Source: Eledone cirrhosa
Taxonomy: Eukaryota
Direction of reading: 5' to 3'
DNA: 64,000 nt
Assembly: GCA_964016885.1 (NCBI GenBank)
Contig: OZ024742.1
Location: 167,090,001-167,154,000 of the forward strand
The notes below the pieces were generated by a model. That model was given only the letters and a program-made list of their open reading frames with translations, was not told where the DNA came from and did no database searches. Made by a program: the position numbers and the translations under genes. Numbering within the stretch: the first letter of the stretch is position 1; each line of letters begins with the position of its first letter. This document shows positions 38,640-53,400 of this stretch, one piece after another.

Positions 38640-41490
38640 GGGAAGATAATTTCCAGCCCTCCAAGGGGCTATAATTTCCAGCGTCCAAGGGGAGATAATT
38701 TCCAGCCAGCGAAGGGGAGATAATTTTTTTAAAAAAATCATTGGGAGATTTGTAAAAAAAATCAGGGAGAGATAATTTGTAAAAAAAATCAAGGGGAGAT
38801 AATTTCCAGCCGTCCAAGGGGAGGTAATATCTAGCCGTCCAAGGGGAGATAATTTCCAGCCGTCCAAGGGGAGATAATTTCCAGCCGTCCAAGGGTAGAT
38901 AATATCCAGCCGTCCAAGTAGACATTTTCCAGCCGTCCAAGGAGAGGTAATTTCTAGCCGTCCAAGGGGAGATAAATTCCAGCCTCCAAGGGGAGATAAT
39001 TTCCAGCCAGCCAAGGGGAGATAATTTGTAAAAAAATCAGGGGGAGATAATTTGTAAAAAAATCAGGGGGAGATAATTTGTAAAAAAAAATCAGGGGGAG
39101 ATAATTTGTAAAAAAAAATCAGGGGGAGATAATTTGTAAAAAAAAATCAGGGGGAGATAATTTGTAAAAAAAATCAAGGGGAGATAATTTCCAGCCGTCC
39201 AAGGGGAGATAATTTCCATCCTTCCAAGGGGAGATAATTTCCAGCCGTCCAAGGGGAGATAATTTCCCGCCAGCCAAGGGAAGATAATTTGTAAAAAAAT
39301 CAGGGGGAGATAATTTGTAAAAAAAAAATCAGGGGGAGACAATTTGTAAAAAAAATCAGGGGGAAATAATTTGTAAAAAAAAATCAAGGGGAGATAATTT
39401 GTACAAAAAATCAGGGGTATATAATTTGTAAAAAAAAATCAGGGGGAGATAATTTGTAAAAAAAAATCAGGGGGAGATAATTTGTAAAAAAAATCAAGGG
39501 GAGATAATTTGCAGCCGTCCAAGGGGAGATAATTTTCAGCCGTCCAAGGAGAGGTAATTTCTAGCCGTCCAAGGTGAGATAATATCCAGCCGTCCAAGGG
39601 GAGATAATTTCCAGCCGTCCAAGGGGAGATAATTTTTAAAAAAAAACAGGCGAAGATAATTTGTAAAAAAAAAATCAGGGGGAGATAATTTGTAAAAAAA
39701 AATCAGGGGGAGATAATTTGTAAAAAAAAATCAGGGGGAGGTAATTTGTAAAAAAAATCAAGGGGAGATAATTTCCAGCCGTCCAAGGGAAGATAATTTC
39801 CAGCCCTCCAAGGGGCTATAATTTCCAGCGTCCAAGGGGAGATAATTTCCAGCCAGCGAAGGGGAGATAATTGTTTTAAAAAAATCATTGGGAGATTTGT
39901 AAAAAAAATCAGGGGGAGATAATTAATAAAAAAAATCAAGGGGAGATAATTCCAGCCGTCCAAGGGGAGGTAATATCTAGCCGTCCAAGGGGAGATAATT
40001 TCCAGCCGTCCAAGGGGAGATAATTTCCAGCCGTTCAAGGGTAGATAATATCCAGCCGTCCAAGGAGACATATTTTCCAGCCGTGCAAGGAGAGGTAATT
40101 TCTAGCCGTCCAAGGGGAGATAAATTCCAGCCTCCAAGGGGAGATAATTTCCAGCCAGCCAAGGGGAGATAATTTGTAAAAAAATCAGGGGGAGATAATT
40201 TGTAAAAAAAGTCAGGGGTAGATAATTTGTAAAAAAAAATCAGGGGGAGATAATTTGTAAAAAAAAATCAGGGGGAGATAATTTGTAAAAAAAATCAAGG
40301 GGAGATAATTTCCAGCCATCCAAGGAGAGATAATTTTTAAAAAAAATCAGGCGGAGATAATTTGTAAAAAAAAATCAGGGGGAGATAATTTGTAAAAAAA
40401 ATCAGGGGGTGATAATTTGTAAAAAAAATCAAGGGGAGATAATTTCCAGCCGTCCAAGGGGAGATAATTTCCAGCCGTCCAAGGGGACATAAATTTTTTA
40501 AAAAAATCAGGCGGAGATAATTTGTAAAAAAAATCAGGGGGAGATAAATTGTAAAAAAAAATCAGGGGAAGATAATTTGTAAAAAAAATCAGGGGGAGAT
40601 AATTTCCAGCCGTCCAAGGTAAGATAATTTCCAGCCCTCCAAGGGGCTATAATTTCCAGCATCCAAGGGGAGATAATTTCCAGCCGTCCAAGGGTAGATA
40701 ATATCCAGCCGTCCAAGTAGACATATTTTCCAGCCGTCCAAGGAGAGGTAATTTCTAGCCGTCCAAGGGGAGATAAATTCCAGCCTCCAAGGGGAGATAA
40801 TTTCCAGCCAGCCAAGGGGAGATAATTTGTAAAAAAATCAGGGGGAGATAATTTGTAAAAAAAATCAGGGGGAGATAATTTGTAAAAAAAAATCAGGGGG
40901 AGATAATTTGTAAAAAAAAATCAGGGGGAGATAATTTCCAGCCGTCCAAGGGGAGATAATTTTCAGCCGTCCAAGGGTAGATAATATCCAGCCGTCCAAG
41001 TAGACATTTTCCAGCCGTCCAAGGAGAGGTAATTTCTAGCCGTCCAAGGGGAGATAAATTCCAGCCTCCAAGGGGAGATAATTTCCAGCCAGCCAAGGGG
41101 AGATAATTTGTAAAAAAATCAGGGGGAGATAATTTGTAAAAAAAATCAGGGGGAGATAATTTGTAAAAAAAAATCAGGGGGAGATAATTTGTAAAAAAAA
41201 ATCAGGGGGAGATAATTTGTAAAAAAAATCAAGGGGAGATAATTTCCAGCCGTCCAAGGGGAGATAATTTTCAGCCGTCCAAGGGGAGATAATTTCCAGC
41301 CGTCCAAGGGGAGATAATTTCCATCCTTCCAAGGGGAGATAATTTCCAGCCTTCCAAGGGGAGATAATTTTCAGCCGTCCAAGGGGAGATAATTTCCCGC
41401 CAGCCAAGGGAAGATAATATTTTAAAAAATCAGGCGGAGATAATTTGTAAAAAAAATCAGGGGGAGATAATTTGTAAAAAAATCAGGGGG
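38640..41490 (+). repeat. About 2.8-kb block matching about 8270-11170 and about 46375-49275
   Basis: ORF offset 30323 (9380/39703, 9654/39977, 10211/40534, 10570/40893). Shared variants include CCGTTCAAG, AAAGTCAGG and GGGGTGATAA. Confidence 0.88.
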
Positions 41491-44449
41491 AGATAATTTG
41501 TAAAAAAAAATCAGGGGGAGGTAATTTGTGAAAAAAAATCAAGGGGAGATAATTTCCAGCCGTCCAAGGGAAGATAATTTCCAGCCCTCCAAGGGGCTAT
41601 AATTTCCAGCGTCCAAGGGGAGATAATTTCCAGCCAGCGAAGGGGAGATAATTTTTTTTTTTTTAAATCAGGGGGAGATAATTTGTAAAAAAAAATCAGG
41701 GGGAGATAATTTCCAGCCGTCCAAGGGGAGATAATTTTCAGCCGTCCAAGGGGAGATAATTTTCAGCCGTCCAAGGGGAGATAATTTCCCGCCAGCCAAG
41801 GAAAGATAATATTTAAAAAAATCAGGCGGAGATAATTTGTAAAAAAAAATCAGGGGGAGATAATTTGTAAAAAAAATCAATTGGAGATAATTTCCAGCCG
41901 TCCAAGGGGAGATAATTTTCAGCCGTCCAAGGAGAGGTAATTTCTAGACGTCCAAGGGGAGATAATTTCCAGCCGTCCAAGGGGAGATAATTTCCAGCCG
42001 TCCAAGGGTAGATAATATCCAGCCGTCCAAGGAGACATATTTTCCAGCTTTCCAAGGAGAGGTAATTTCTAGCCGTCCAAGGGGAGATAAATTCCAGCCT
42101 CCAAGGGGAGATAATTTCCAGCCAGCCAAGGGGAGATAATTTGTAAAAAAATCAGGGGGAGATAATTTGTAAAAAAAAATCAGGGGCAGATAATTTGTAA
42201 AAAAAATCAGGGGGAGATAATTTGTAAAAAATATCAGGGGGAGATAATTTGTAAAAAAAATCAAGGGGAGATAATTTCCAGCCGTCCAAGGGGAGATAAT
42301 TTTCAGCCGTCCAAGGGGAGATAATTTCCCGCCAGCCAAGGGAAGATAATATTTAAAAAATAAGGCGGAGATAATTTGTAAAAAAAATCAGGGGGAGATA
42401 ATTTGTAAAAAAATCAGGGGGAGATAATTTGTAAAAAAAAAATCAGGGAGAGATAATTTGTAAAAAAAATCAGGGGGAGATAATTTGTAAAAAAAAATCA
42501 GGGGTAGATAATTTGTAAAAAAAAATCAGGGGGAGATAATTTGTAAAAAAAATCAGGGGGAGATAATTTGTAAAAAAAATCAAGGGGAGATAATTTCCAG
42601 CCGTCCAAGGGAAGATAATTTCAAGCCCTCCAAGGGGCTATAATTTCCAGTGTCCAAGGGGAGATAATTTCCAGCCAGCGAAGGGGAGATAATTTTTTTT
42701 TTTAAATCAGTGGGAGATTTGTACAAAAAATCAGGGGGAGATAATTTGTAAAAAAAATCAAAGGGAGATAATTTCCAGCCGTCCAAAGAGAGATAATTTC
42801 TAGCCGTCCAAGGGGAGATAATTTCGAGCCAAGGGGAGATAATTTCCAGCCGTCCAAGGGGAGATAATTTTTTAAAAAATCAGGTGGAGATAATTTGTAA
42901 AAAAAATCAGGGGGAGATAATTTGTAAAAACAAAATCAAGGGCAGATAATTTCCAGCTGTCCAAGGGGAGATAATTTCCAGCCGTGCAAGGGGAGATAAT
43001 TTCCAGCCGTCCAAGGGGAGATAATTTCCATCCTTCCAAGGGGAGATAATTTCCAGCCGTCCAAGGGGAGATAATTTCCCGCCAGCCAAGGGAAGATAAT
43101 TTTTTAAAAAATCAGGCGGAGATTGTAAAAAAAATCAGGGGGAGATAATTTGTAAAAAAATCAGGGGGAGATAATTTGTAAAAAAATCAAGGGGAGATAA
43201 TTTCCAGCTGTCCAAGGGGAGGTAATATCTAGCCGTCCAAGGGGAGATAATTTCCAGCCGTCCAAGGGGAGATAATTTCCAACCGTCCAAGGGTAGATAA
43301 TATCCAGCCGTCCAAGGAGACATATTTTCCAGCCGTCCAAGGAGAGGTAATTTCTAGCCGTCCAAGTGGAGATAAATTCCAGCCTCCAAGGGGAGATAAT
43401 TTCCAGCCAGCCAAGGGGAGATAATTTGTAAAAAATTCAGGGGGAGATAATTTGTAAAAAAAATCAGGGGGAGATAATTTGTAAAAAAAATCAGGGGGAG
43501 ATAATTTGTAAAAAAAATCAAGGGGAGATAATTTCCAGCCGTCCAAGGAGAGATAATTTAAAAAAAAAATCAGGCGGAGATAATTTGTAAAAAAAAATCA
43601 GGGGGAGATAATTTGTAAAAAAAAATCAGGGGGAGATAATTTGTAAAAAAAATCAAGGGGAGATAATTTCCAGCCGTCCAAGGGGAGATAATTTTCAGCC
43701 GTCCAAGGGGAGATAATTTCCAGCCGTCCAAGGGGAGATAATTTAAAAAAAAAATCAGGCGGAGATAATTTGTAAAAAAAATCAAGGGGAGATAATTTGC
43801 AACCGTCCAAGGGGACATAATTTTCAGTCGTCCAAGGAGAGGTAATTTCTAGCCGTACAAGGGGAGATAATTTCCAGCCGTCCAAGGGGAGATAATTTCC
43901 AGCCGTCCAAGGGGAGATAATTTTTTTTTAAAAATCAGGGGGAGATAATTTGTAAAAAAAAATCAGGGGGAGATAATTTGTAAAAAAAAATCAGGGGGAG
44001 ATAATTTGTAAAAAAAATCAAGGGGAGATAATTTCCAGCCGTCCAAGGGAAGATAATTTCCAGCCCTCCAAGGGGCTATAATTTCCAGCGTCCAAGGGGA
44101 GATAATTTCCAGCCAGCGAAGGGGAGATAATTGTTTTAAAAAAATCATTGGGAGATTTGTAAAAAAAATCAGGGGGAGATAATTAATAAAAAAAATCAAG
44201 GGGAGATAATTTCCAGCCGTCCAAGGGGAGGTAATATCTAGCCGTCCAAGGGGAGATAATTTCCAGCCGTCCAAGGGAGATAATTTCCAGCCGTCCAAGG
44301 GTAGATAATATCCAGCCGTCCAAGGAGACATATTTTCCAGCCGTCCAAGGAGAGGTAATTTCTAGCCGTCCAAGGGGAGATAAATTCCAGCCTCCAAGGG
44401 GAGATAATTTCCAGCCAGCCAAGGGGAGATAATTTGTAAAAAAATCAGG

Positions 44450-47400
44450 GGGAGATAATTTGTAAAATAAATCAGGGGTAGATAATTTGTAAAAAAAAAT
44501 CAGGGGGAGATAATTTGTAAAAAAAAATCAGGGGGAGATAATATGTAAAAAAAATCAAGGGGAGATAATTTCCAGCCGTCCAAGGAGAGATAATTTAAAA
44601 AAAAAATCAGGCGGAGATAATTTGTAAAAAAAAATCAGGGGGAGATAATTTGTAAAAAAAAATCAGGGGGAGATAATTTGTAAAAAAAATCAAGGGGAGA
44701 TAATTTCCAGCCGTCCAAGGGGAGATAATTTCCAGCCGTCCAAGGGGAAATAATTTTTTTAAAAAAATCAGGCGGAGATAATTTGTAAAAAAAATCAGGG
44801 GGAGATAATTTGTAAAAAAAAATCAGGGGGAGATAATTTGTAAAAAAAAAATCAGGGGGAGATAATTTCCAGCCGTCCAAGGTAAGATAATTTCCAGCCC
44901 TCCAAGGGGCTATAATTTCCAGCATCCAAGGGGAGATAATTTCCAGCCGTCCAATGGTAGATAATATCCAGCCGTCCAAGTAGACATTTTCCAGCCGTCC
45001 AAGGAGAGGTAATTTCTAGCCGTCCAAGGGGAGATAAATTCCAGCCTCCAAGGGGAGATAATTTCCAGCCAGCCAAGGGGAGATAATTTGTAAAAAAATC
45101 AGGGGGAGATAATTTGTAAAAAAAATCAGGGGGAGATAATTTGTAAAAAAAATCAGGGGGAGATAATTTGTAAAAAAAAATCAGGGGGAGATAATTTGTA
45201 AAAAAAAATCAGGGGGAGATAATTTGTAAAAAAAATCAAGGGGAGATAATTTCCAGCCGTCCAAGGGGAGATAATTTTCAGCCGTCCAAGGGGAGATAAT
45301 TTCCAGCCGTCCAAGGGGAGATAATTTCCATCCTTCCAAGGGGAGATAATTTCCAGCCGTCCAAGGGGAGATAATTTTCAGTCGTCCAAGGGGAGATAAT
45401 TTCCCGCCAGCCAAGGGAAGATAATATTTTAAAAAATCAGGCGGAGATAATTTGTAAAAAAAATCAGGGGGAGATAATTTGTAAAAAAATCAGGGGGAGA
45501 TAATTTGTAAAAAAAAAATCAGGGGGAGATAATTTGTAAAAAAAATCAGGGGGAGATAATTTGTAAAAAAAAAATCAGGTGTAGATAATTTGTAAAAAAA
45601 AATCAGGGGGAGATAATTTGTAAAAAAAAAATCAGGGGGAGATAATTTGTAAAAAAAATCAGGGGGAGATAATTTGTAAAAAAAAATCAGGGGGAGATAA
45701 TTTCCAGCCGTCCAAGGGGAGATAATTTTCAGCCGTCCAAGGGGAGATAATTTCCCGCCAGCCAAGGGAAGATAATATTTAAAAAAATCAGGCGGAGATA
45801 ATTTGTAAAAAAAATCAGGGGGAGATAATTTGTAAAAAAAAATCAGGGGGAGATAATTTGTAAAAAAAATCAAGGGGAGATAATTTCCAGCCGTCCAAGG
45901 AGAGATAATTTAAAAAAAAAATCAGGCGGAGATAATTTGTAAAAAAAAATCAGGGGGAGATAATTTGTAAAAAAAAATCAGGGGGAGATAATTTGTAAAA
46001 AAAATCAAGGGGAGATAATTTCCAGCCGTCCAAGGGGAGATAATTTTCAGCCGTCCAAGGGGAGATAATTTCCAGCCGTCCAAGGGGAGATAATTTTAAA
46101 AAAAAAATCAGGCGGAGATAATTTGTAAAAAAAATCAAGGGGAGATAATTTGCAACCGTCCAAGGGGACATAATTTTCAGTCGTCCAAGGAGAGGTAATT
46201 TCTAGCCGTCCAAGGGGAGATAATTTCCAGCCGTCCAAGGGGAGATAATTTCCAGCCGTCCAAGGGGAGATAATTTTTTTTTAAAAATCAGGCGGAGATA
46301 ATTTGTAAAAAAAAAATCAGGGGGAGATAATTTGTAAAAAAAATCAAGGGGAGATAATTTCCAGCCGTCCAAGGGAAGATAATTTCCAGCCCTCCAAGGG
46401 GCTATAATTTCCAGCGTCCAAGGGGAGATAATTTCCAGCCAGCGAAGGGGAGATAATTTTTTTAAAAAAATCATTGGGAGATTTGTAAAAAAAATCAGGG
46501 AGAGATAATTTGTAAAAAAAATCAAGGGGAGATAATTTCCAGCCGTCCAAGGGGAGGTAATATCTAGCCGTCCAAGGGGAGATAATTTCCAGCCGTCCAA
46601 GGGGAGATAATTTCCAGCCGTCCAAGGGTAGATAATATCCAGCCGTCCAAGTAGACATTTTCCAGCCGTCCAAGGAGAGGTAATTTCTAGCCGTCCAAGG
46701 GGAGATAAATTCCAGCCTCCAAGGGGAGATAATTTCCAGCCAGCCAAGGGGAGATAATTTGTAAAAAAATCAGGGGGAGATAATTTGTAAAAAAATCAGG
46801 GGGAGATAATTTGTAAAAAAAAATCAGGGGGAGATAATTTGTAAAAAAAAATCAGGGGGAGATAATTTGTAAAAAAAAATCAGGGGGAGATAATTTGTAA
46901 AAAAAATCAAGGGGAGATAATTTCCAGCCGTCCAAGGGGAGATAATTTCCATCCTTCCAAGGGGAGATAATTTCCAGCCGTCCAAGGGGAGATAATTTCC
47001 CGCCAGCCAAGGGAAGATAATTTTTAAAAAAATCAGGCGGAGATTGTAAAAAAAATCAGGGGGAGATAATTTGTAAAAAAATCAGGGGGAGATAATTTGT
47101 AAAAAAAAAATCAGGGGGAGACAATTTGTAAAAAAAATCAGGGGGAAATAATTTGTAAAAAAAAATCAAGGGGAGATAATTTGTACAAAAAATCAGGGGT
47201 ATATAATTTGTAAAAAAAAATCAGGGGGAGATAATTTGTAAAAAAAAATCAGGGGGAGATAATTTGTAAAAAAAATCAAGGGGAGATAATTTGCAGCCGT
47301 CCAAGGGGAGATAATTTTCAGCCGTCCAAGGAGAGGTAATTTCTAGCCGTCCAAGGTGAGATAATATCCAGCCGTCCAAGGGGAGATAATTTCCAGCCGT

Positions 47401-50400
47401 CCAAGGGGAGATAATTTTTAAAAAAAAACAGGCGAAGATAATTTGTAAAAAAAAAATCAGGGGGAGATAATTTGTAAAAAAAAATCAGGGGGAGATAATT
47501 TGTAAAAAAAAATCAGGGGGAGGTAATTTGTAAAAAAAATCAAGGGGAGATAATTTCCAGCCGTCCAAGGGAAGATAATTTCCAGCCCTCCAAGGGGCTA
47601 TAATTTCCAGCGTCCAAGGGGAGATAATTTCCAGCCAGCGAAGGGGAGATAATTGTTTTAAAAAAATCATTGGGAGATTTGTAAAAAAAATCAGGGGGAG
47701 ATAATTAATAAAAAAAATCAAGGGGAGATAATTCCAGCCGTCCAAGGGGAGGTAATATCTAGCCGTCCAAGGGGAGATAATTTCCAGCCGTCCAAGGGGA
47801 GATAATTTCCAGCCGTTCAAGGGTAGATAATATCCAGCCGTCCAAGGAGACATATTTTCCAGCCGTGCAAGGAGAGGTAATTTCTAGCCGTCCAAGGGGA
47901 GATAAATTCCAGCCTCCAAGGGGAGATAATTTCCAGCCAGCCAAGGGGAGATAATTTGTAAAAAAATCAGGGGGAGATAATTTGTAAAAAAAGTCAGGGG
48001 TAGATAATTTGTAAAAAAAAATCAGGGGGAGATAATTTGTAAAAAAAAATCAGGGGGAGATAATTTGTAAAAAAAATCAAGGGGAGATAATTTCCAGCCA
48101 TCCAAGGAGAGATAATTTTAAAAAAAAATCAGGCGGAGATAATTTGTAAAAAAAAATCAGGGGGAGATAATTTGTAAAAAAAATCAGGGGGTGATAATTT
48201 GTAAAAAAAATCAAGGGGAGATAATTTCCAGCCGTCCAAGGGGAGATAATTTCCAGCCGTCCAAGGGGACATAAATTTTTTAAAAAAATCAGGCTGAGAT
48301 AATTTGTAAAAAAAATCAGGGGGAGATAAATTGTAAAAAAAAATCAGGGGGAGATAATTTGTAAAAAAAATCAGGGGGAGATAATTTCCAGCCGTCCAAG
48401 GTAAGATAATTTCCAGCCCTCCAAGGGGCTATAATTTCCAGCATCCAAGGGGAGATAATTTCCAGCCGTCCAAGGGTAGATAATATCCAGCCGTCCAAGT
48501 AGACATATTTTCCAGCCGTCCAAGGAGAGGTAATTTCTAGCCGTCCAAGGGGAGATAAATTCCAGCCTCCAAGGGGAGATAATTTCCAGCCAGCCAAGGG
48601 GAGATAATTTGTAAAAAAATCAGGGGGAGATAATTTGTAAAAAAAATCAGGGGGAGATAATTTGTAAAAAAAAATCAGGGGGAGATAATTTGTAAAAAAA
48701 AATCAGGGGGAGATAATTTCCAGCCGTCCAAGGGGAGATAATTTTCAGCCGTCCAAGGGTAGATAATATCCAGCCGTCCAAGTAGACATTTTCCAGCCGT
48801 CCAAGGAGAGGTAATTTCTAGCCGTCCAAGGGGAGATAAATTCCAGCCTCCAAGGGGAGATAATTTCCAGCCAGCCAAGGGGAGATAATTTGTAAAAAAA
48901 TCAGGGGGAGATAATTTGTAAAAAAAATCAGGGGGAGATAATTTGTAAAAAAAAATCAGGGGGAGATAATTTGTAAAAAAAAATCAGGGGGAGATAATTT
49001 GTAAAAAAAAATCAAGGGGAGATAATTTCCAGCCGTCCAAGGGGAGATAATTTTCAGCCGTCCAAGGGGAGATAATTTCCAGCCGTCCAAGGGGAGATAA
49101 TTTCCATCCTTCCAAGGGGAGATAATTTCCAGCCTTCCAAGGGGAGATAATTTTCAGCCGTCCAAGGGGAGATAATTTCCCGCCAGCCAAGGGAAGATAA
49201 TATTTTAAAAAATCAGGCGGAGATAATTTGTAAAAAAAATCAGGGGGAGATAATTTGTAAAAAAATCAGGGGGAGATAATTTGTAAAAAAAAAATCAGGG
49301 GGAGATAATTTGTAAAAAAAATCAGGGGGAGATAATTTGTAAAAAAAAATCAGGGGTAGATAATTTGTAAAAAAAAATCAGGGGGAGATAATTTGTAAAA
49401 AAAAAATCAGGGGGAGATAATTTGTAAAAAAAATCAAGGGGAGATAATTTCCAGCCGTCCAAGGAGAGATAATTTTTAAAAAAAATCAGGCGGAGATAAT
49501 TTGTAAAAAAAAATCAGGGGGAGATAATTTCCAGCCGTCGAAGGGAAGATAATTTCCAGCCCTCCAAGGGGCTATAATTTCCAGCGTCCAAGGGGAGATA
49601 ATTTCCAGCCAGCGAAGGGGAGATAATTTTTTTAAAAAAATCATTGGGAGATTTGTAAAAAAAATCAGGGGGAGATAATTTGTAAAAAAAATCAAGGGGA
49701 GATAATTTCCAGCCGTCCAAGGGGAGGTAATATCTAGCCGTCCAAGGGGAGATAATTTCCAGCCGTCCAAGGGGAGATAATTTCCAGCCGTCCAAGGGTA
49801 GATAATATCCAGCCGTCCAAGTAGACATTTTCCAGCCGTCCAAGGAGAGGTAATTTCTAGCCGTCCAAGGGGAGATAAATTCCAGCCTCCAAGGGGAGAT
49901 AATTTCCAGCCAGCCAAGGGGAGATAATTTGTAAAAAAATCAGGGGGAGATAATTTGTAAAAAAAATCAGGGGGAGATAATTTGTAAAAAAAAATCAGGG
50001 GGAGATAATTTGTAAAAAAAAATCAGGGGGAGATAATTTGTAAAAAAAAATCAGGGGGAGATAATTTGTAAAAAAAATCAAGGGGAGATAATTTCCAGCC
50101 GTCCAAGGGGAGATAATTTTCAGCCGTCCAAGGGGAGATAATTTCCAGCCGTCCAAGGGGAGATAATTTCCATCCTTCCAAGGGGAGATAATTTGTAAAA
50201 AAAAATCAGGGGGAGATAATTTGTAAAAAAAAATCAAGGGGAGATAATTTCCAGCCGTCCAAGGGGAGATAATTTTCAGCCGTCCAAGGGGAGATAATTT
50301 CCCGCCAGCCAAGGGAAGATAATATTTAAAAAAATCAGGCGGAGATAATTTGTAAAAAAAATCAGGGGGAGATAATTTGTAAAAAAATCAGGGGGAGATA

Positions 50401-53400
50401 ATTTGTAAAAAAAAAATCAGGGGGAGATAATTTGTAAAAAAAATCAGGAGGAGATAATTTGTAAAAAAAAATCAGGGGTAGATAATTTGTAAAAAAAAAT
50501 CAGGGGGAGATAATTTGTAAAAAAAAATCAGGGGGAGATAATTTGTAAAAAAAATCAAGGGGAGATAATTTCCAGCCGTCCAAGGAGAGATAATTTAAAA
50601 AAAAAATCAGGCGGAGATAATTTGTAAAAAAAAATCAAGGGGAGATAATTTGTAAAAAAAAATCAGGGGGAGATAATTTGTAAAAAAAATCAAGGGGAGA
50701 TAATTTCCAGCCGTCCAAGGGAAGATAATTTCCAGCACTCCAAGGGGCTATAATTTCCAGTGTCCAAGGGGAGATAATTTCCAGCCAGCGAAGGGGAGAT
50801 AATTTTTTTAAAAAAATCAGGGGGAGATATGTAAAAAAAATCAGAGGGAGATAATTTCTAAAAAAAATCAAAGGGAGATAATTTCCAGCCGTCCAAAGAG
50901 AGATAATTTCTAGCCGTCCAAGGGGAGATAATTTCCAGCCAAGGGGAGATAATTTCCAGCCGTCCAAAGGGGAGATAATTTTTTAAAAAATCAGGTGGAG
51001 ATAATTTGTAAAAAAAATCAGGGGGAGATAATTTGTAAAAACAAAATCAAGGGCAGATAATTTCCAGCTGTCCAAGGGGAGATAATTTCCAGCCGTGCAA
51101 GGGGAGATAATTTCCAGCCGTCCAAGGGGAGATAATTTCCATCCTTCCAAGGGGAGATAATCTCCAGCCGTCCAAGGGGAGATAATTTCCAGCCAGCCAA
51201 GGGAAGATAATTTTTAAAAAAATCAGGCGGAGATTGTAAAAAAAATCAGGGGGAGATAATTTGTAAAAAAATCAGGGGGAGATAATTTGTAAAAAAAAAA
51301 TCAGGGGAGATAATTTGTAAAAAAAAATCAGGGGGAGATAATTTGTAAAAAAAAAATCAGGGGGAGATAATTTGTAAAAAATAATCAGGGGTAGATAATT
51401 TGTAAAAAAAAATCAGGGGGAGATAATTTGTAAAAAAAAATCAGGGGGAGATAATTTGTAAAAAAATCAACGGGAGATAATATGCAGCCGTCCAAGGGGA
51501 GATAATTTTCAGCCGTCCAAGGAGAGGTAATTTCTAGCCGTCCAAGGGGAGATAATTTCCAGCCGTCCAAGGGGAGATAATTTCAAGCCGTCCAAGGGGA
51601 GATAGTTTTTTTAAAAAAATCAGGCGGAGATAATTTGTAAAAAAAAAATCAGGGGGAGATAATTTGTAAAAAAAAATCAGGGGGAGATAATTTGTAAAAA
51701 AAATCAGGGGGAGATAATTTGTAAAAAAAATCAAGGGGAGATAATTTCCAGCCGTCCAAGGGAAGATAATTTCAAGCTCTCCAAGGGGCTATAATTTCCA
51801 GTGTCCAAGGGGAGATAATTTCCAGCCAGCGAAGGGGAGATATTTTTTTTTTAAAAATCAGGGGGAGATTTGTAAAAAAAATCAGGGGGAGATAATTTGC
51901 AAAAAAAATCAAAGGGAGATAATTTCCAGCCGTCCAAAGAGAGATAATTTCTAGCCGTCCAAGGGGAGATAATTTCGAGCCAAGGGGAGATAATTTCCAG
52001 CCGTCCAAGGGGAGATAATTTTTTAAAAAATCAGGTGGAGATAATTTGTAAAAAAAATCAGGGGGAGATAATTTGTAAAAACAAAATCAAGGGCAGATAA
52101 TTTCCAGCTGTCCAAGGGGAGATAATTTCCAGCCGTGCAAGGGGAGATAATTTCCAGCCGTCCAAAGGGAGATAATTTCCATCCTTCCAAGGGGAGATAA
52201 TTTCCAGCCGTCCAAGGGGAGATAATTTCCCGCCAGCCAAGAGAAGATAATTTTTTAAAAAATCAGGCGGAGATTGTAAAAAAAATCAGCGGGAGATAAT
52301 TTGTAAAAAAATCAGGGGGAGATAATTTGTAAAAAAATCAAGGGGAGATAATTTCCAGCTCTCCAAGGGGAGGTAATATCTAGCCGTCCAAGGGGAGATA
52401 ATTTCCAGCCGTCCAAGGGGAGATAATTTCCAGCCGTCCAAGGGTAGATAATATCCAGCCGTCCAAGGAGACATATTTTCCAGCCGTCCAAGGAGAGGTA
52501 ATTTCTAGCCGTCCAAGTGGAGATAAATTCCAGCCTCCAAGGGGAGATAATTTCCAGCCAGCCAAGGGGAGATAATTTGTAAAAAAATCAGGGGGAGATA
52601 ATTTGTAAAAAAAATCAGGGGGAGATAATTTGTACAAAAAATCAGGGGTAGATAATTTGTAAAAAAAATCAGGGGGAGATAATTTGTAAAAAAAATCAAG
52701 GGGAGATAATTTGCAGCCGTCCAAGGGGAGATAATTTTCAGCCGTCCAAGGAGAGGTAATTTCTAGCCGTCCAAGGTGAGATAATTTCCAGCCGTCCAAG
52801 GGGAGATAATTTCCAGCCGTCCAAGGGGAGATAATTTTTTAAAAAAAACAGGCGGAGATAATTTGTAAAAAAAAAATCAGGGTGAGATAATTTGTAAAAA
52901 AAAATCAGGGGGAGATAATTTGTAAAAAAAAATCAGGGGGAGGTAATTTATAAAAAAAATCAAGGGGAGATAATTTCCAGCCGTCCAAGGGAAGATAATT
53001 TCCAGCCCTCCAAGGGGCTATAATTTCCAGCGTCCAAGGGGAGATAATTTCCAGCCAGCGAAGGGGAGATAATTTTTTTTTTTTTAAATCAGGGGGACAT
53101 AATTTGTAAAAAAAATAAGGGGGAGATAATCTGTAAAAAAAATCAAGGGGAGATAATTTGTAAAAAAATCAGGGGGAGATAATTTGTAAAAAAAAATCAG
53201 GGGGAGATAATTTGTAAAAAAAATCAAGGGGAGATAATTTGTAAAAAAAATCAAGGGGAGATAATTTCCAGCCGTCCAAGGGGAGATAATTTTCAGCCGT
53301 CCAAGGGGAGATAATTTCCCGCCAGCCAAGGGAAGATAATATTTAAAAAAATCAGGCGGAGATAATTTGTAAAAAAAATCAGGGGGAGATAATTTGTAAA